From the IMG/VR virus record IMGVR_UViG_3300022719_000282, positions 1-41,099 of that record: a DNA stretch of 41,099 bases; one strand, 5' to 3'. A program made the translations under genes and the position numbers. Every line of letters begins with the position of its first letter. The stretch's first letter is position 1. Below, piece after piece: positions 26,254 to 35,321 of the stretch. The notes below the pieces were generated by a model. That model made no database searches. It was not told where the DNA came from and saw only the letters and a list, made by a program, of their open reading frames with translations. This DNA comes from a virus (lineage: Duplodnaviria > Caudoviricetes).

Positions 26254-27360
26254 ATGGAAGAGAGCAGAGGAACAGTATCAATGTCGACAACTGAGGTTGT
26301 CGGATCAACGGCGCTACAGGCAGTGACGAAGGCAGAAATAGATGTTCAGATTGCCACGGCGCACCGATTTGAGCGGAGCATGGAAAAATTCAAAAAGCGG
26401 GCAATAGAAATGGTGTCTATTGACGAGGATACGGCGGCGAGTTGCATTTACTGTCGGCCTGTCGGAAAGAAGTGGGATGCTAACGCGAGGCGGCACGTGA
26501 TGGAGTATGCGGAGGGTCTATCCGTACGCTTGGCGGAGATCGCCGGGGCTACATACGGAAACCTGCGCGTAGGAAGTTTTATCGTCGATCAGACCGACCG
26601 TTACGTTGTTGCTCGAGGCTTTGCGCACGACCTTGAGAGCAATTTTGCCTCTGCAACTGAATGTATTGAGTCGACCGTAACCAAGGACGGGAATCCCTAC
26701 AGCGAGCGTATGCGGGTTGTGGTAGCCAAGGCGGCGCTGGCGAAAGCTCGTCGTGATGCGACGTTCCAAGTTGTTCCGCGTGCGTTGCTCAAGCCGATCG
26801 AAGCCGTGGCTCGCAAGGTGGCGATCGGAGACGCCGAAACCATGGCTAAGCGCGTCGATCGTGTGCTGAAATGGATGGACAAGCTCGGACTTGCTCGGGA
26901 ACGGGTGTGGTCGTCTTTGGGGATCAATGGCGAAGGCGATATCGACGGCCGGATTCTAACAACGCTAACAGGAATCAAAACGGCAATCAAGGATGGAGAT
27001 ATCACGGTTGATGAGGCGTTCCCGGACGAAAACCAGGAGGTGAAATCGAAAACAACGGCGAAAGCGAAGGCGCTGAAGGATCGGATGAAGGCCGCGTCCA
27101 ACGGCGACAAAGGTAGTGGCGGGAACGATATCCAGGTGGATGGGGAATTGATGCCGGCCGAAGAACGCGACGACGTGAAGCTGACCAGGCTCATCGGCAA
27201 GATTGGGGTCCGCAAGGTCAAGGATTACCTTGAGTTCAACAATACGTCTGTCGATCAACTCAAGAAAGACCCGGACGCCATGGGGCGGATATTGTTTAAC
27301 CCGAGTGACTGGCAGAAAACCGTAAACGAACATTGGGAGTGGGCGAAGGAGCAAGACTAA
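26254..27360 (+). CDS. Putative single-strand annealing protein of unassigned family
   Basis: AEIDVQIATA..R..A...Y..P.G..EG.SVRLAE...YGN pattern; sits between exonuclease and SSB-like gene. Confidence 0.5.
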   Translation: MEESRGTVSMSTTEVVGSTALQAVTKAEIDVQIATAHRFERSMEKFKKRAIEMVSIDEDTAASCIYCRPVGKKWDANARRHVMEYAEGLSVRLAEIAGATYGNLRVGSFIVDQTDRYVVARGFAHDLESNFASATECIESTVTKDGNPYSERMRVVVAKAALAKARRDATFQVVPRALLKPIEAVARKVAIGDAETMAKRVDRVLKWMDKLGLARERVWSSLGINGEGDIDGRILTTLTGIKTAIKDGDITVDEAFPDENQEVKSKTTAKAKALKDRMKAASNGDKGSGGNDIQVDGELMPAEERDDVKLTRLIGKIGVRKVKDYLEFNNTSVDQLKKDPDAMGRILFNPSDWQKTVNEHWEWAKEQD

Positions 27361-27653
27361 TGGATAAGGAATTTGTAGATGGACTTATAGCAAAGGCTCC
27401 GTCTCATAAGAGTCCGTCGTTTGTTAAGTGTAAACTGTCAATCAAGCGACTTGATCTTATTGAATGGCTCAGCAAGCGCAATGATGTGTGGGTCTATGTC
27501 GAGGTCAAGGTATCGCGTCAGGGAAAATGGTATGCGGAAGTCGACCATTGGGAACCCGAAACGCCATCCGATCATGGCGCCACGCGGAATAAAGGTCCAG
27601 TCCATGACAATGTCGAACGCTTCGACGACGACGAAGACCTAATACCATTCTGA
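27360..27653 (+). CDS. SSB-like protein
   Basis: Short beta-rich core and acidic tail DDDEDLIPF. Confidence 0.65.
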   Translation: MDKEFVDGLIAKAPSHKSPSFVKCKLSIKRLDLIEWLSKRNDVWVYVEVKVSRQGKWYAEVDHWEPETPSDHGATRNKGPVHDNVERFDDDEDLIPF

Positions 27654-27958
27654 TGAAGAAAAGACTTATATCGGACAGCGATGGCGTCACTAAGGGGATC
27701 GGAGAATGGGCAAGTCATTACGGAATTTACACGGCGACTCTTTCTCGGTTGCTGCGCGAGTTCGACGGTGACCTTAATGAGGCAGTGAGGCAGGCGCATC
27801 TCCGGAGACGCGCCAAGAAGCAAGTTGGAGAAGAGGAAAACTACGAGCCAAGGAAACAACCGGGAATGCGACAATCGCAATATATCTCCATGTTGTCATC
27901 GTTCTACACAAAGAGAATGAACGACTACATTGATAACACAATAAACAGACGATCATGA
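27653..27958 (+). CDS. Hypothetical protein (possible DNA-binding)
   Basis: TK.I.EWA..YGI..ATL..L HTH-like segment. Confidence 0.5.
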   Translation: MKKRLISDSDGVTKGIGEWASHYGIYTATLSRLLREFDGDLNEAVRQAHLRRRAKKQVGEEENYEPRKQPGMRQSQYISMLSSFYTKRMNDYIDNTINRRS

Positions 27959-28152
27959 CACCGGATAAATATTATCAGCTTCACAATGCAATGATGACCT
28001 GGGTAACCGAGTCAAACAGGCTTCGTGATATCATTAATGGGGTAAATTCGGTAACTGAGACATCGAAATTGATCGTCGTACAATCTCGGAGGGTTGTGGT
28101 TGCGCTCGAGGAGCTTGAGGCTAAAGCAAGGAAAATCATGGAGGAAATGTGA
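27955..28152 (+). CDS. Hypothetical protein
   Basis: ATGA-coupled 65-aa ORF. Confidence 0.5.
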   Translation: MTPDKYYQLHNAMMTWVTESNRLRDIINGVNSVTETSKLIVVQSRRVVVALEELEAKARKIMEEM

Positions 28153-28160
28153 AGAATAAT

Positions 28161-28316
28161 ATGGACGACAAGATAAAACAGATAAACAGAGAAACGATAA
28201 TCGATCAGATGCAGAGGGATCGCGATATATGCGGCAAAATACTTGATAAGCTGGAATCACTGATGACTGAGACATCGGGGATTCGCAATGACAGAAACCG
28301 TGAACATAAACAATGA
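28161..28316 (+). CDS. Hypothetical protein (51 aa, not in ORF track)
   Basis: MDDKIKQINRE...; fills the gap and overlaps the next start by ATGA. Confidence 0.45.
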   Translation: MDDKIKQINRETIIDQMQRDRDICGKILDKLESLMTETSGIRNDRNREHKQ

Positions 28317-28681
28317 AGGGAGTTAGATCGAAGTACAACGTTCGGATCGATGCCGCCGGAAAGGACCGCCGGACGTACAGGTCGCGTTTGTACGCGAGCC
28401 TGGGGGAGATGAAGGTCGCACGCAGCCTGGATATCGAAGTCAAAGCAGGAACAATCCGAACGTGGTTCCGCCAGGTACCCGTTGACCTTGGCGAGGACGA
28501 GCGGTGGGTGATTGATTTCCTGGTCATTCCGGTTTCTGGATTGCCGTATTTCATCGACTGGAAAGGACGCGATACCGCCGATTTCCGGAGGAAACTAAAG
28601 CTGTACCGCAAATATGGCGCACTCCCATTGCACATTATTGGGGCACGTAAGAACTACTGGATCAACAAGGAGAACGGATAA
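28313..28681 (+). CDS. DUF1064-like PD-(D/E)xK endonuclease
   Basis: SKYN..YAS..E..G.I..RQV..L..IDF..D.KG.DT..FR.K.KL. Confidence 0.8.
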   Translation: MKGVRSKYNVRIDAAGKDRRTYRSRLYASLGEMKVARSLDIEVKAGTIRTWFRQVPVDLGEDERWVIDFLVIPVSGLPYFIDWKGRDTADFRRKLKLYRKYGALPLHIIGARKNYWINKENG

Positions 28682-30018
28682 TGAAGAAGGCAGTATGGTT
28701 TTGGACCTTGGCAGCATGTTTGACGGCGAACGCACAGCAAGCGGTGGTTATGCCGTGGCCGGCGTTCATCCCGGTGATCTCGCAGCAATGGTGGAGTGCG
28801 TTCACCGATCCACCGCCGTTTTTCACGGTGGACGACTTCGACGGCGACGAACTGGTGATCGAGATCGTTGACGACGCATTCATCGATGCGTCGCCGTCAA
28901 TACGGGAAGAAGTGACGAAGGCCGACATAGAAATGTTGGAGGAGGAACTCTACAGGTGGGGGTGTATCGACGCGGTAGATTTCCACAAGTATTATAAACA
29001 GCTAGGGGCCATCATTACAGATAAATTGCAAACGAAGACTTGGAAGGTAGTTCACGTCATCGGTCGCACCGGCATCGACTTGGTGTGTATATATACTACA
29101 GAACCCGCGATGAACGAACCCGAAAGCGCTTTCGATACGATAGCAGACGAAATAAGAGACTTTTTCGACGATTTGCTTGAAGACGAAAAACACAACGAGG
29201 TTAATTACGCGCTCGGGGCATTGCGACTGTTGCCGAATCAAAGCCCGTTTAACCGGTTTTTGTACGTACCGGACGCGAGTGCTGAGGAAATAGCGTACCA
29301 GACGCAGAAATGGAGCGGGGGAATATACGTACACGGTCAGTATACGACCAATGTCGAGTACATAGGTGCGAATGAGGCCGAAGGCATCATAAAGGCCGTC
29401 CTGGCCTTGAACAGCACGGAATTCGATCCCGAAAAGGTCGTCGAAGTGATCGCACCCAACAACATAGACGACTTTGCAGGAACCATACGGTTGCCGGACA
29501 GGGAAATTGTGATCAACTTTTTACGCGACGCTCAAGAGGTGCTTTCGATTACAGAAAGCCTGCCGGTTCTTAAAGACCTCGTGGATATTTACGAGGATGT
29601 ATTGGGAGTGTCCAGGGGTTTCAACGACTGGTTGCGAGACGTCACGGATAAGATGCTGTACTGGAATGATCTCAGTCATCTTATAACTGTCGATGGTATA
29701 GACTTCGACGGTAGAATAAGCTGTAAAGAATGGCGACAGGTGGGGGCTTTTAGGCTATTCGGGATTACTGACCCGTTCCAAGTACACCCGCCTGATGGAC
29801 TGGATAACCAGATCGCCGCCATAGTGCCCGAGGTAGAAAAACCTTGTGATTGCGACTTTACCTGCCCTGAAGGGAAGGAAGCATTGAACGCAAGAGGCAG
29901 GAGCATCGGCGGTGTCCGTGGCTGGATAACGAACAGAAACAAACCCGTAAAGCGCATACAGCAGCGCAGCAAATGGCACTGGTGGAAAAAGAAAGGCAGG
30001 GGAGGAAATAGACGATGA
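28681..30018 (+). CDS. Secreted acidic hypothetical protein
   Basis: Signal peptide MKKAVWFWTLAACLTANA; 445 aa; no recognised domain. Confidence 0.65.
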   Translation: MKKAVWFWTLAACLTANAQQAVVMPWPAFIPVISQQWWSAFTDPPPFFTVDDFDGDELVIEIVDDAFIDASPSIREEVTKADIEMLEEELYRWGCIDAVDFHKYYKQLGAIITDKLQTKTWKVVHVIGRTGIDLVCIYTTEPAMNEPESAFDTIADEIRDFFDDLLEDEKHNEVNYALGALRLLPNQSPFNRFLYVPDASAEEIAYQTQKWSGGIYVHGQYTTNVEYIGANEAEGIIKAVLALNSTEFDPEKVVEVIAPNNIDDFAGTIRLPDREIVINFLRDAQEVLSITESLPVLKDLVDIYEDVLGVSRGFNDWLRDVTDKMLYWNDLSHLITVDGIDFDGRISCKEWRQVGAFRLFGITDPFQVHPPDGLDNQIAAIVPEVEKPCDCDFTCPEGKEALNARGRSIGGVRGWITNRNKPVKRIQQRSKWHWWKKKGRGGNRR

Positions 30019-30090
30019 GTAATTGTTCACCTTCCGTTGTGACGTGTGGTAGTCACCGCCATCCGAGTACTTCTTGATGAGACATGAGAA

Positions 30091-30636
30091 ATGAAGAAGA
30101 TACCGACGATTTTCAAGCGCAACCCCGACAATATGGCGGAAGTCTTGAACGAGCCACACCCCGATTGTGGTTGGGTATTCGCGGGAGAGGGCGTAGCGAC
30201 CCGCAAGTATGACGGCACCTGCTGCCTGATCGAAGGCGGCAAGCTCTACAAACGCCGGGAAGTGAAGCGCGGCAAGGTGCAGCCGCCGGACTTTGTGCAG
30301 GCCGATTACGACGAAACCACAGGCAAGACGGTGGGCTGGGTTCCGGTTGACCATGACTCGAAGGAGGATCGCTGGCATGCGGAGGCGTTCAGCAGCGACT
30401 TGGGCGACGGCACCTATGAACTGGTGGGGCCGAAGGTGCAGGGCAACCCGGAGAGCGCCGACACACACAAGCTGGTCGCTCACCAGAACGCCGAACAACT
30501 GCCCGCGCCGCGCGAATACAGCGCCCTGGCAGCGTGGCTAGAAGGTCGCGACATCGAAGGGCTGGTCTGGCATCACCCGGACGGGCGCATGGCCAAGATC
30601 AAGCTGCGAGACTTTGGCTTGAGGCGTGGCGAGTGA
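30091..30636 (+). CDS. RNA-ligase-like nucleotidyltransferase (DUF5565/Rlig1-like)
   Basis: Motif I RKYDGT, motif III TYELVG, motif IV EGLVWH, motif V AKIK. Confidence 0.8.
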   Translation: MKKIPTIFKRNPDNMAEVLNEPHPDCGWVFAGEGVATRKYDGTCCLIEGGKLYKRREVKRGKVQPPDFVQADYDETTGKTVGWVPVDHDSKEDRWHAEAFSSDLGDGTYELVGPKVQGNPESADTHKLVAHQNAEQLPAPREYSALAAWLEGRDIEGLVWHHPDGRMAKIKLRDFGLRRGE

Positions 30637-30637
30637 C

Positions 30638-30725
30638 CGCTAACGCCGAAGTCAGGCATGGCGGGCCTGACGATACCGAATAAACCCGCAGCGCAGCCCG
30701 CCATGCCTGCACTGACTTGTTAGCA
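30638..30725 (-). other. Integron attC recombination site
   Basis: Minus strand: TAAC-AAGTC-AGTGCAGG ... CCTGACT-TCGGC-GTTA; 8/7-nt L boxes with one extrahelical base, 5-nt spacers, 14-bp perfect inner stem 30653-30666/30696-30709. Confidence 0.8.
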
Positions 30726-30727
30726 TT

Positions 30728-30928
30728 ATGAGAGACGACATACCAAGAGACCCCTACCGCGACTGGTCCTACGACGAGCGCAGAGAAGCAAGACACAGCG
30801 ACGACTACGAAATGCGGCAAGCGGCGAGGCAAGCTGACGCCGATTTCGAGTCATCCGAACGAGCCTACGACAACTGGCGGGCGGGTGGAGACTTCGCCGA
30901 TCCTGACCCTGACGGGAGGTTCTATTGA
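30728..30928 (+). CDS. Small highly charged hypothetical protein
   Basis: 66 aa, D/R-rich, starts 2 nt after attC. Confidence 0.55.
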   Translation: MRDDIPRDPYRDWSYDERREARHSDDYEMRQAARQADADFESSERAYDNWRAGGDFADPDPDGRFY

Positions 30929-30971
30929 AGGCTACGACAAAGCTCATTGGCGGCAGGTGAAAATGGCTCCA

Positions 30972-31619
30972 TTACCGCCGAGTTCTTTGGCCCCGGGGCC
31001 GATCGGGTGTGACCGGGTTACTGCCGCCTATGCGGGATCCGGGTGCGATGACCGCGGTTTTGCAGTTATCGACCATGACGCGTTCCGGGACGCCGCCGAA
31101 GTATTCGAAGGCGTTTCGATGAGCGGCGAGCCAGTACTCGAGAGCTTCGCCGAAGAAGAACTCCGCATAGAGCATCCGGCTGTGACATAGGACCATGGTG
31201 AAGAATGAGAGTCTTCGCGTTCCGCCGTTGACAGGGAGACTTTTCCACACGCCCCAGTCCACTTGAGCGCATTCTCCGGGGTGGAAGCTGAGACTTTGAT
31301 AGAGTGGCTTGAGTCGCGGCCGCAACTGGGCGACGGCTTCTTTGACCAGCGTATAGCCTCCGGTGAAGCCGCGCTCGCGGAGCATTTGATGGATTCTGGC
31401 TGCACTCAATTCGGGATAGAGCTGGAGTTTGGCCATAATCCAGCCCCGATGCTCATCGATGAGACTGCCGCGTTTTGTACGGGTCGGCTTTGGCGGCGTC
31501 TGGGATGCCAATGCTTGGCGGACCTTGCGCCGATGCACGCCCAAGCGCCTGGCGATGGCCCGGCAGGTCAGCCCTTCATCGTGCAGCCGCCGAATTTCGA
31601 GATATTCTTCGATTTTCAT
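30972..31619 (-). pseudogene. istA: IS21-family transposase IstA, 3'-truncated
   Basis: N-terminal HTH, GFTGGYTLVK, PGECAQVDWG, FGGVP..VMVDNCKTAV; ends before the third catalytic residue. Confidence 0.88.
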
Positions 31620-31951
31620 GCATTCACCTCCTTGGGCAGGTTCGGCAACTGGAGCAGCTGCCAGAGCGGTTTTTCATAGGCAATGAGATCGGCTTCGAGC
31701 AGTTGGTCTCGCGCCTCGCGGAGTTCAGCCAGGCCGATGTGCAAGCGCTTGCACATCGCCTTATCCGACCAGTAGCTGACGCCGTCGGCATTTGAGACGG
31801 TGATCAGAAACAGGTACACGGCAAGCGTTGTAGGCGAGTACTTGTCAATGTAGTGATCGCGCACGAGTCTGTGGTCGACCCATCCGAACCCACTCCGTAT
31901 GATGCGGATGCGATCTCGGACGATGGGTTCCGTGATGATGGGAGAGTGCAT
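31616..31951 (-). CDS. Winged-helix/HTH protein associated with IS21-like elements
   Basis: FGWVDHRLVRD..YLFL..V.NADG.SYWSD..L.....ARDQL..ADLIAYEKP; AGGAGG RBS before ATG 31951. Confidence 0.7.
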   Translation of the reverse strand: MHSPIITEPIVRDRIRIIRSGFGWVDHRLVRDHYIDKYSPTTLAVYLFLITVSNADGVSYWSDKAMCKRLHIGLAELREARDQLLEADLIAYEKPLWQLLQLPNLPKEVNA

Positions 31952-32107
31952 TTTCGTCCTCCTTTGATTGATTTTGACCATCGCTAGTGGGGCGATTAAT
32001 CGCCGTTGATGGTGATACGGTGGTTGCCTAAAATGCGATCCCCAATGAGTGTAGAGGAACCGGTGTTTTAGCCTCAAGCGAATGTAGAGGAACAGTGAGA
32101 AAAAAAC

Positions 32108-32346
32108 TCAATAAGGCGATTCCCGGCTGGACCGGGCTGCCATCGCCAGACGTTGGCCCCGCTGTTGCAGGGATTGGGCGGCATTGCGAACTTCGTCCGG
32201 ATCGCTGCTGTCGATTATCTGAGCCAGCAGCCCGGTAGCAAAGAGTTCGAAATTCAGGAGTATCGGCGCTGCTGCGGGCAAGGCCGTGGGAGGATTGCAC
32301 CGGGTTCGACGTTGGGCATTGCCTTGGCGGCAACGATCCGCGTCCG
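32108..32346 (-). pseudogene. 5'-truncated upstream gene of the IS21-related element
   Basis: GLLAQII.S...DEV....SLQQRG pattern recalled from genes preceding HTH-istA pairs; not verified by search. Confidence 0.4.
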
Positions 32347-32364
32347 AGCCGAGCCAACGAGGGG

Positions 32365-32652
32365 ATGACAATGAGACATTTTATATTGAATACATTGATT
32401 CCGAAGCCGAAAATGGTGGGAACTGGATGCCTTTCCGTGAGTAATGACGGTCACGCGCAACTGTTCAGCGGCGATGGAGGACGTTACAGCCGCGTTCTTG
32501 CGGAGATGAAACGAGCCAGGCTCGAATATGTATCGGCCAACGGGATGAAGTTGTCCGGCATGGAGCCGGCGGGGATCGATCGCAACGGCGAACAGAGATA
32601 CGCATATCAGGAATGGTGGATCATTTATAATGACCGGAAAGGAGTATCTTGA
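32365..32652 (+). CDS. Hypothetical protein
   Basis: Phage orientation resumes; GAGGGG RBS. Confidence 0.55.
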   Translation: MTMRHFILNTLIPKPKMVGTGCLSVSNDGHAQLFSGDGGRYSRVLAEMKRARLEYVSANGMKLSGMEPAGIDRNGEQRYAYQEWWIIYNDRKGVS

Positions 32653-32969
32653 AAATCATCTACGAATTGCGTATCGATCACGTCGACTGTTACCATGCGC
32701 TTGGGTTTTTTGAGACCGTCGACCGGCTATTGTATGCGGTGCGAGGGTTTGACGGGCCTGACGGCGGTCCCGTTGCTGAAGGCCAAATAGAGGGGGAAGT
32801 ATTGACCGTTCATCAGCATGAGATTGGCGCAATCGATTCATGCGGATGTGGTGGCGAACCAATTTTGACGTTGCGAAGAACATTGAGGTTTCGGGATGAT
32901 TCGGACGAAAGTTACTGGCATACTGAGGTCGCAACATCATGGTTTGCTGAATTTGAAGATCGTATATGA
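32649..32969 (+). CDS. Hypothetical protein
   Basis: AAGGAG RBS, TTG start overlapping upstream stop. Confidence 0.6.
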   Translation: MKIIYELRIDHVDCYHALGFFETVDRLLYAVRGFDGPDGGPVAEGQIEGEVLTVHQHEIGAIDSCGCGGEPILTLRRTLRFRDDSDESYWHTEVATSWFAEFEDRI

Positions 32970-33056
32970 ACAATGGGATAGAGAATGTGGAATTATCCCG
33001 GAAAGATTGGAGAACAGCAGAAAGACACTTCTGCGTCATTAAATTAGGAGAATACA

Positions 33057-33428
33057 ATGACAATTGAAAGACAAGGACAAGCCGACTCCTTACAGTGCTG
33101 CGAGGAGTTAATAGCCGATGGATGGCGCGAATATCCAGATCAATTCTCGCCGTCTTCACGCTGTTTTTTCAAGAGATTCGACACCCCGACGCGGTGCTTT
33201 TGCAATGATGAGAAGCCTGGAGTGCAGGTAAAGATAGAAGTCAGCTTTCTTGACGTATCGGTTACTATGGAAATGTCTCTACGCGCCGGGCTTAAAGACG
33301 GCACATGGATCGAAATGCTCAACTATTGCTTGCCCAATACCGTCGAGGAAGTGACCGCGCTCATCCCAAGGCTGCTTGCCATGTTGGAAGTGGCAAATGA
33401 AGTAAAGGAACAAGCAAGTGAAAGTTAA
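33057..33428 (+). CDS. Hypothetical protein
   Basis: AGGAG RBS; C.CN..KPG motif. Confidence 0.65.
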   Translation: MTIERQGQADSLQCCEELIADGWREYPDQFSPSSRCFFKRFDTPTRCFCNDEKPGVQVKIEVSFLDVSVTMEMSLRAGLKDGTWIEMLNYCLPNTVEEVTALIPRLLAMLEVANEVKEQASES

Positions 33429-33603
33429 TATTGAACTGAGAGCCGGGCCAGACTACCCGTACAACGTCACAAAGAAAGATATACAAAAGAATATTGACGC
33501 CTTACAGCGGGCAGTTGACGGAAAGCCTTTTTGTTCTGATTTCGTACCACTTATTGACACGAAATATATTCTTGAAGGAATCAAAAATAAACTGGAGGAG
33601 TAA
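33418..33603 (+). CDS. Hypothetical protein
   Basis: AAGGA RBS, GTG start. Confidence 0.55.
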   Translation: MKVNIELRAGPDYPYNVTKKDIQKNIDALQRAVDGKPFCSDFVPLIDTKYILEGIKNKLEE

Positions 33604-33605
33604 AT

Positions 33606-33830
33606 ATGACTGACGATAACACTTATCGGAATCTTGGGAACCTGTCCGCCGTTGACCCTGCTTATTCAAAACAGATGTACTGCGATAATTGCATAGTAAC
33701 GTGGATCGGATGCTGGAAGGGATACGGGATTCCTCGTAATCATGAAAGTTTCCTGGTCAAGGTCGATGGTCGTGGGCGAGGTCTGTACTGGCCACGAGTA
33801 AAGGACGTGGAACGTGAAAGCAATATATAA
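33606..33830 (+). CDS. Hypothetical protein
   Basis: GGAGGAG RBS; 74 aa. Confidence 0.5.
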   Translation: MTDDNTYRNLGNLSAVDPAYSKQMYCDNCIVTWIGCWKGYGIPRNHESFLVKVDGRGRGLYWPRVKDVERESNI

Positions 33831-33850
33831 AAGGAGGAAACAAAAAGAGA

Positions 33851-34693
33851 ATGGATAAGCCGAGTTATTTTTCAGTGATCCCGGCCACGGTGCGATACGA
33901 CTCGAGGCTGACGGCCGACGAAAAACTGTTGTACAGCGAAATCACCAGCCTGACACAATCAACGGGCCAATGTTTCGCGTCGAATCGATACTTCGCGAAA
34001 TTATACCAGGTCGACGAGCGCACCATCAGACGGCGGATGAAAAACCTCGAGGAGTGCGGATATATCACCCGGGCCGTAATCCGTGATGACAATAACGAGG
34101 TCTCAGATCGGTATATTTCACTGCCGCCAGTCGCACAGGCAGGTCCTGAGACGACGATCCCTCGGGATAATCCTGACCCCCCCCCTCCGGACAGTACTGT
34201 CCCCCCCTCCGGACAGGATTGTCCCCACCCTCCGGACAGGATTGTCCGGTGTAATAATACAAGGGTTAATAATAAGAAGTCTTTAAAAAGAAAAAATATA
34301 ACAAAAAGAAAAAGCGATGTCGCAACTCCGTCTTCGCCGGAGCCTGCGACCGACATTGACAGTTTGGAAAAATCGGGAAACTCTGGGAAGAAGGAAATCC
34401 CGGCCGAAGCCTTGGAGTGCGCTGATATCCTAATCGAATCCGTTGAATCCGATTTCAACGTGAACGTGACCTATCCCCGTAAGCGGCAATGGGCGATCGA
34501 CATTGACAGGCTGCACAGGCTGGACCGCGTGCCCTGGGAGGAAATCAAGGCGTACATATTGCTTTACCGGGATAACCACCGTGACGACCAGTTTTGGCCG
34601 GTAATCGAGTCCGGGCACACGCTGCGGAAGAAGTGGCTTAAGTTATGCCGTAAAATAAGGGAGGACTATCCATGGATGGAGAAAGCACAGTAA
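33851..34693 (+). CDS. Phage replication initiator (N-terminal winged HTH)
   Basis: SYFSVIPATVRYD..L....KLLY.EI..L....G.CFASN.YFA.LY; iteron-containing linker. Confidence 0.88.
   Translation: MDKPSYFSVIPATVRYDSRLTADEKLLYSEITSLTQSTGQCFASNRYFAKLYQVDERTIRRRMKNLEECGYITRAVIRDDNNEVSDRYISLPPVAQAGPETTIPRDNPDPPPPDSTVPPSGQDCPHPPDRIVRCNNTRVNNKKSLKRKNITKRKSDVATPSSPEPATDIDSLEKSGNSGKKEIPAEALECADILIESVESDFNVNVTYPRKRQWAIDIDRLHRLDRVPWEEIKAYILLYRDNHRDDQFWPVIESGHTLRKKWLKLCRKIREDYPWMEKAQ
34177..34313 (+). other. Putative replication origin: three iterons plus AT-rich tract
   Basis: CCCTCCGGACAGnAyTGTCC with palindromic cores at 34189-34202, 34211-34224 and 34234-34247, then A-rich 34252-34313, inside the initiator gene as in lambda O. 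Confidence 0.8.
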
Positions 34694-35301
34694 TGACCGA
34701 TAGGGAGAAGAAGGAGAGATTTCTCACCCTGTATCGATCCCATTTCGGGGCGATATCAGAGAAAGAAGGGCTCAGTGAGTATCTGCGGTGGATCACGAGT
34801 CGGAAGGTTAATTACGATGTCGCGATAAAGGCTATCGGGAATCTCGCAGAGGTCTGGGGGAAATACAATGACGCGCCGAAACTCAGGCACATAATCAAGG
34901 CGTATCAGGAAACACTGCCCTGGTACGACATGGGGGAGGCGAAAAAGGGGCCGCGCCCGGATTGCAGGCGGTGCTCAAGTACGGGGACATTGTGGACGGT
35001 GCTGGGGAAGATAAGCGATTACGACGGCAGCGAAGAAAGATGGGTTGTTGCTCGCGACAAGGAACGAGCCTGGCAGGATGTCGAAGTCCGGCGCCATCCG
35101 TGCGAATGCCAGCATGGCTTCGCCTTGAAAAACGAGATTCTTGGCGCCCCCCATAGCCTGACGGATATCTTCTCTCAGTGCGAGCGGTGGAGCGCCGGGT
35201 TGAAGCTATGCTTCTCCAAGAAGAGCGACGCCCAACGCTACGCCAGCGGATTGAGGGTGGTCACAATTCCGGATGCCAAGATACACTCAACGGAAGTTTA
35301 G
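34693..35301 (+). CDS. Replication accessory protein (helicase-loader position) with Zn-binding motif
   Basis: Coupled to initiator; P.L..I motif, CRRC..G and PCEC. Confidence 0.55.
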   Translation: MTDREKKERFLTLYRSHFGAISEKEGLSEYLRWITSRKVNYDVAIKAIGNLAEVWGKYNDAPKLRHIIKAYQETLPWYDMGEAKKGPRPDCRRCSSTGTLWTVLGKISDYDGSEERWVVARDKERAWQDVEVRRHPCECQHGFALKNEILGAPHSLTDIFSQCERWSAGLKLCFSKKSDAQRYASGLRVVTIPDAKIHSTEV

Positions 35302-35321
35302 CGATTGCTCATGAATACTGT

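Larger units (their letters stand above)
31011..32346 (-). mobile_element. Internal fragment of an IS21-related element (boundaries approximate)
   Basis: Antisense block with a truncated IstA, an HTH gene and a partial upstream gene; no istB, TIR pair or TSD found. Confidence 0.7.

Noticed and set aside
32050-32094. TGTTCC on the minus strand at 32094 as a transposon end matching the 35822 element
   Set aside because: Only 6 bp match exactly, no partner end or TSD was found, and element-like sequence continues beyond it
33606-33830. Possible fusion of two unrelated small phage gene fragments (CDNC..W.GCW plus RNHESFLV..LYWPRV)
   Set aside because: Based only on recall of motifs; cannot be supported without a homology search
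34205-34247. Shared 9-mer CCGGACAGG between origin iterons and one palindrome variant
   Set aside because: Too short, and the surrounding symmetry differs; likely coincidence
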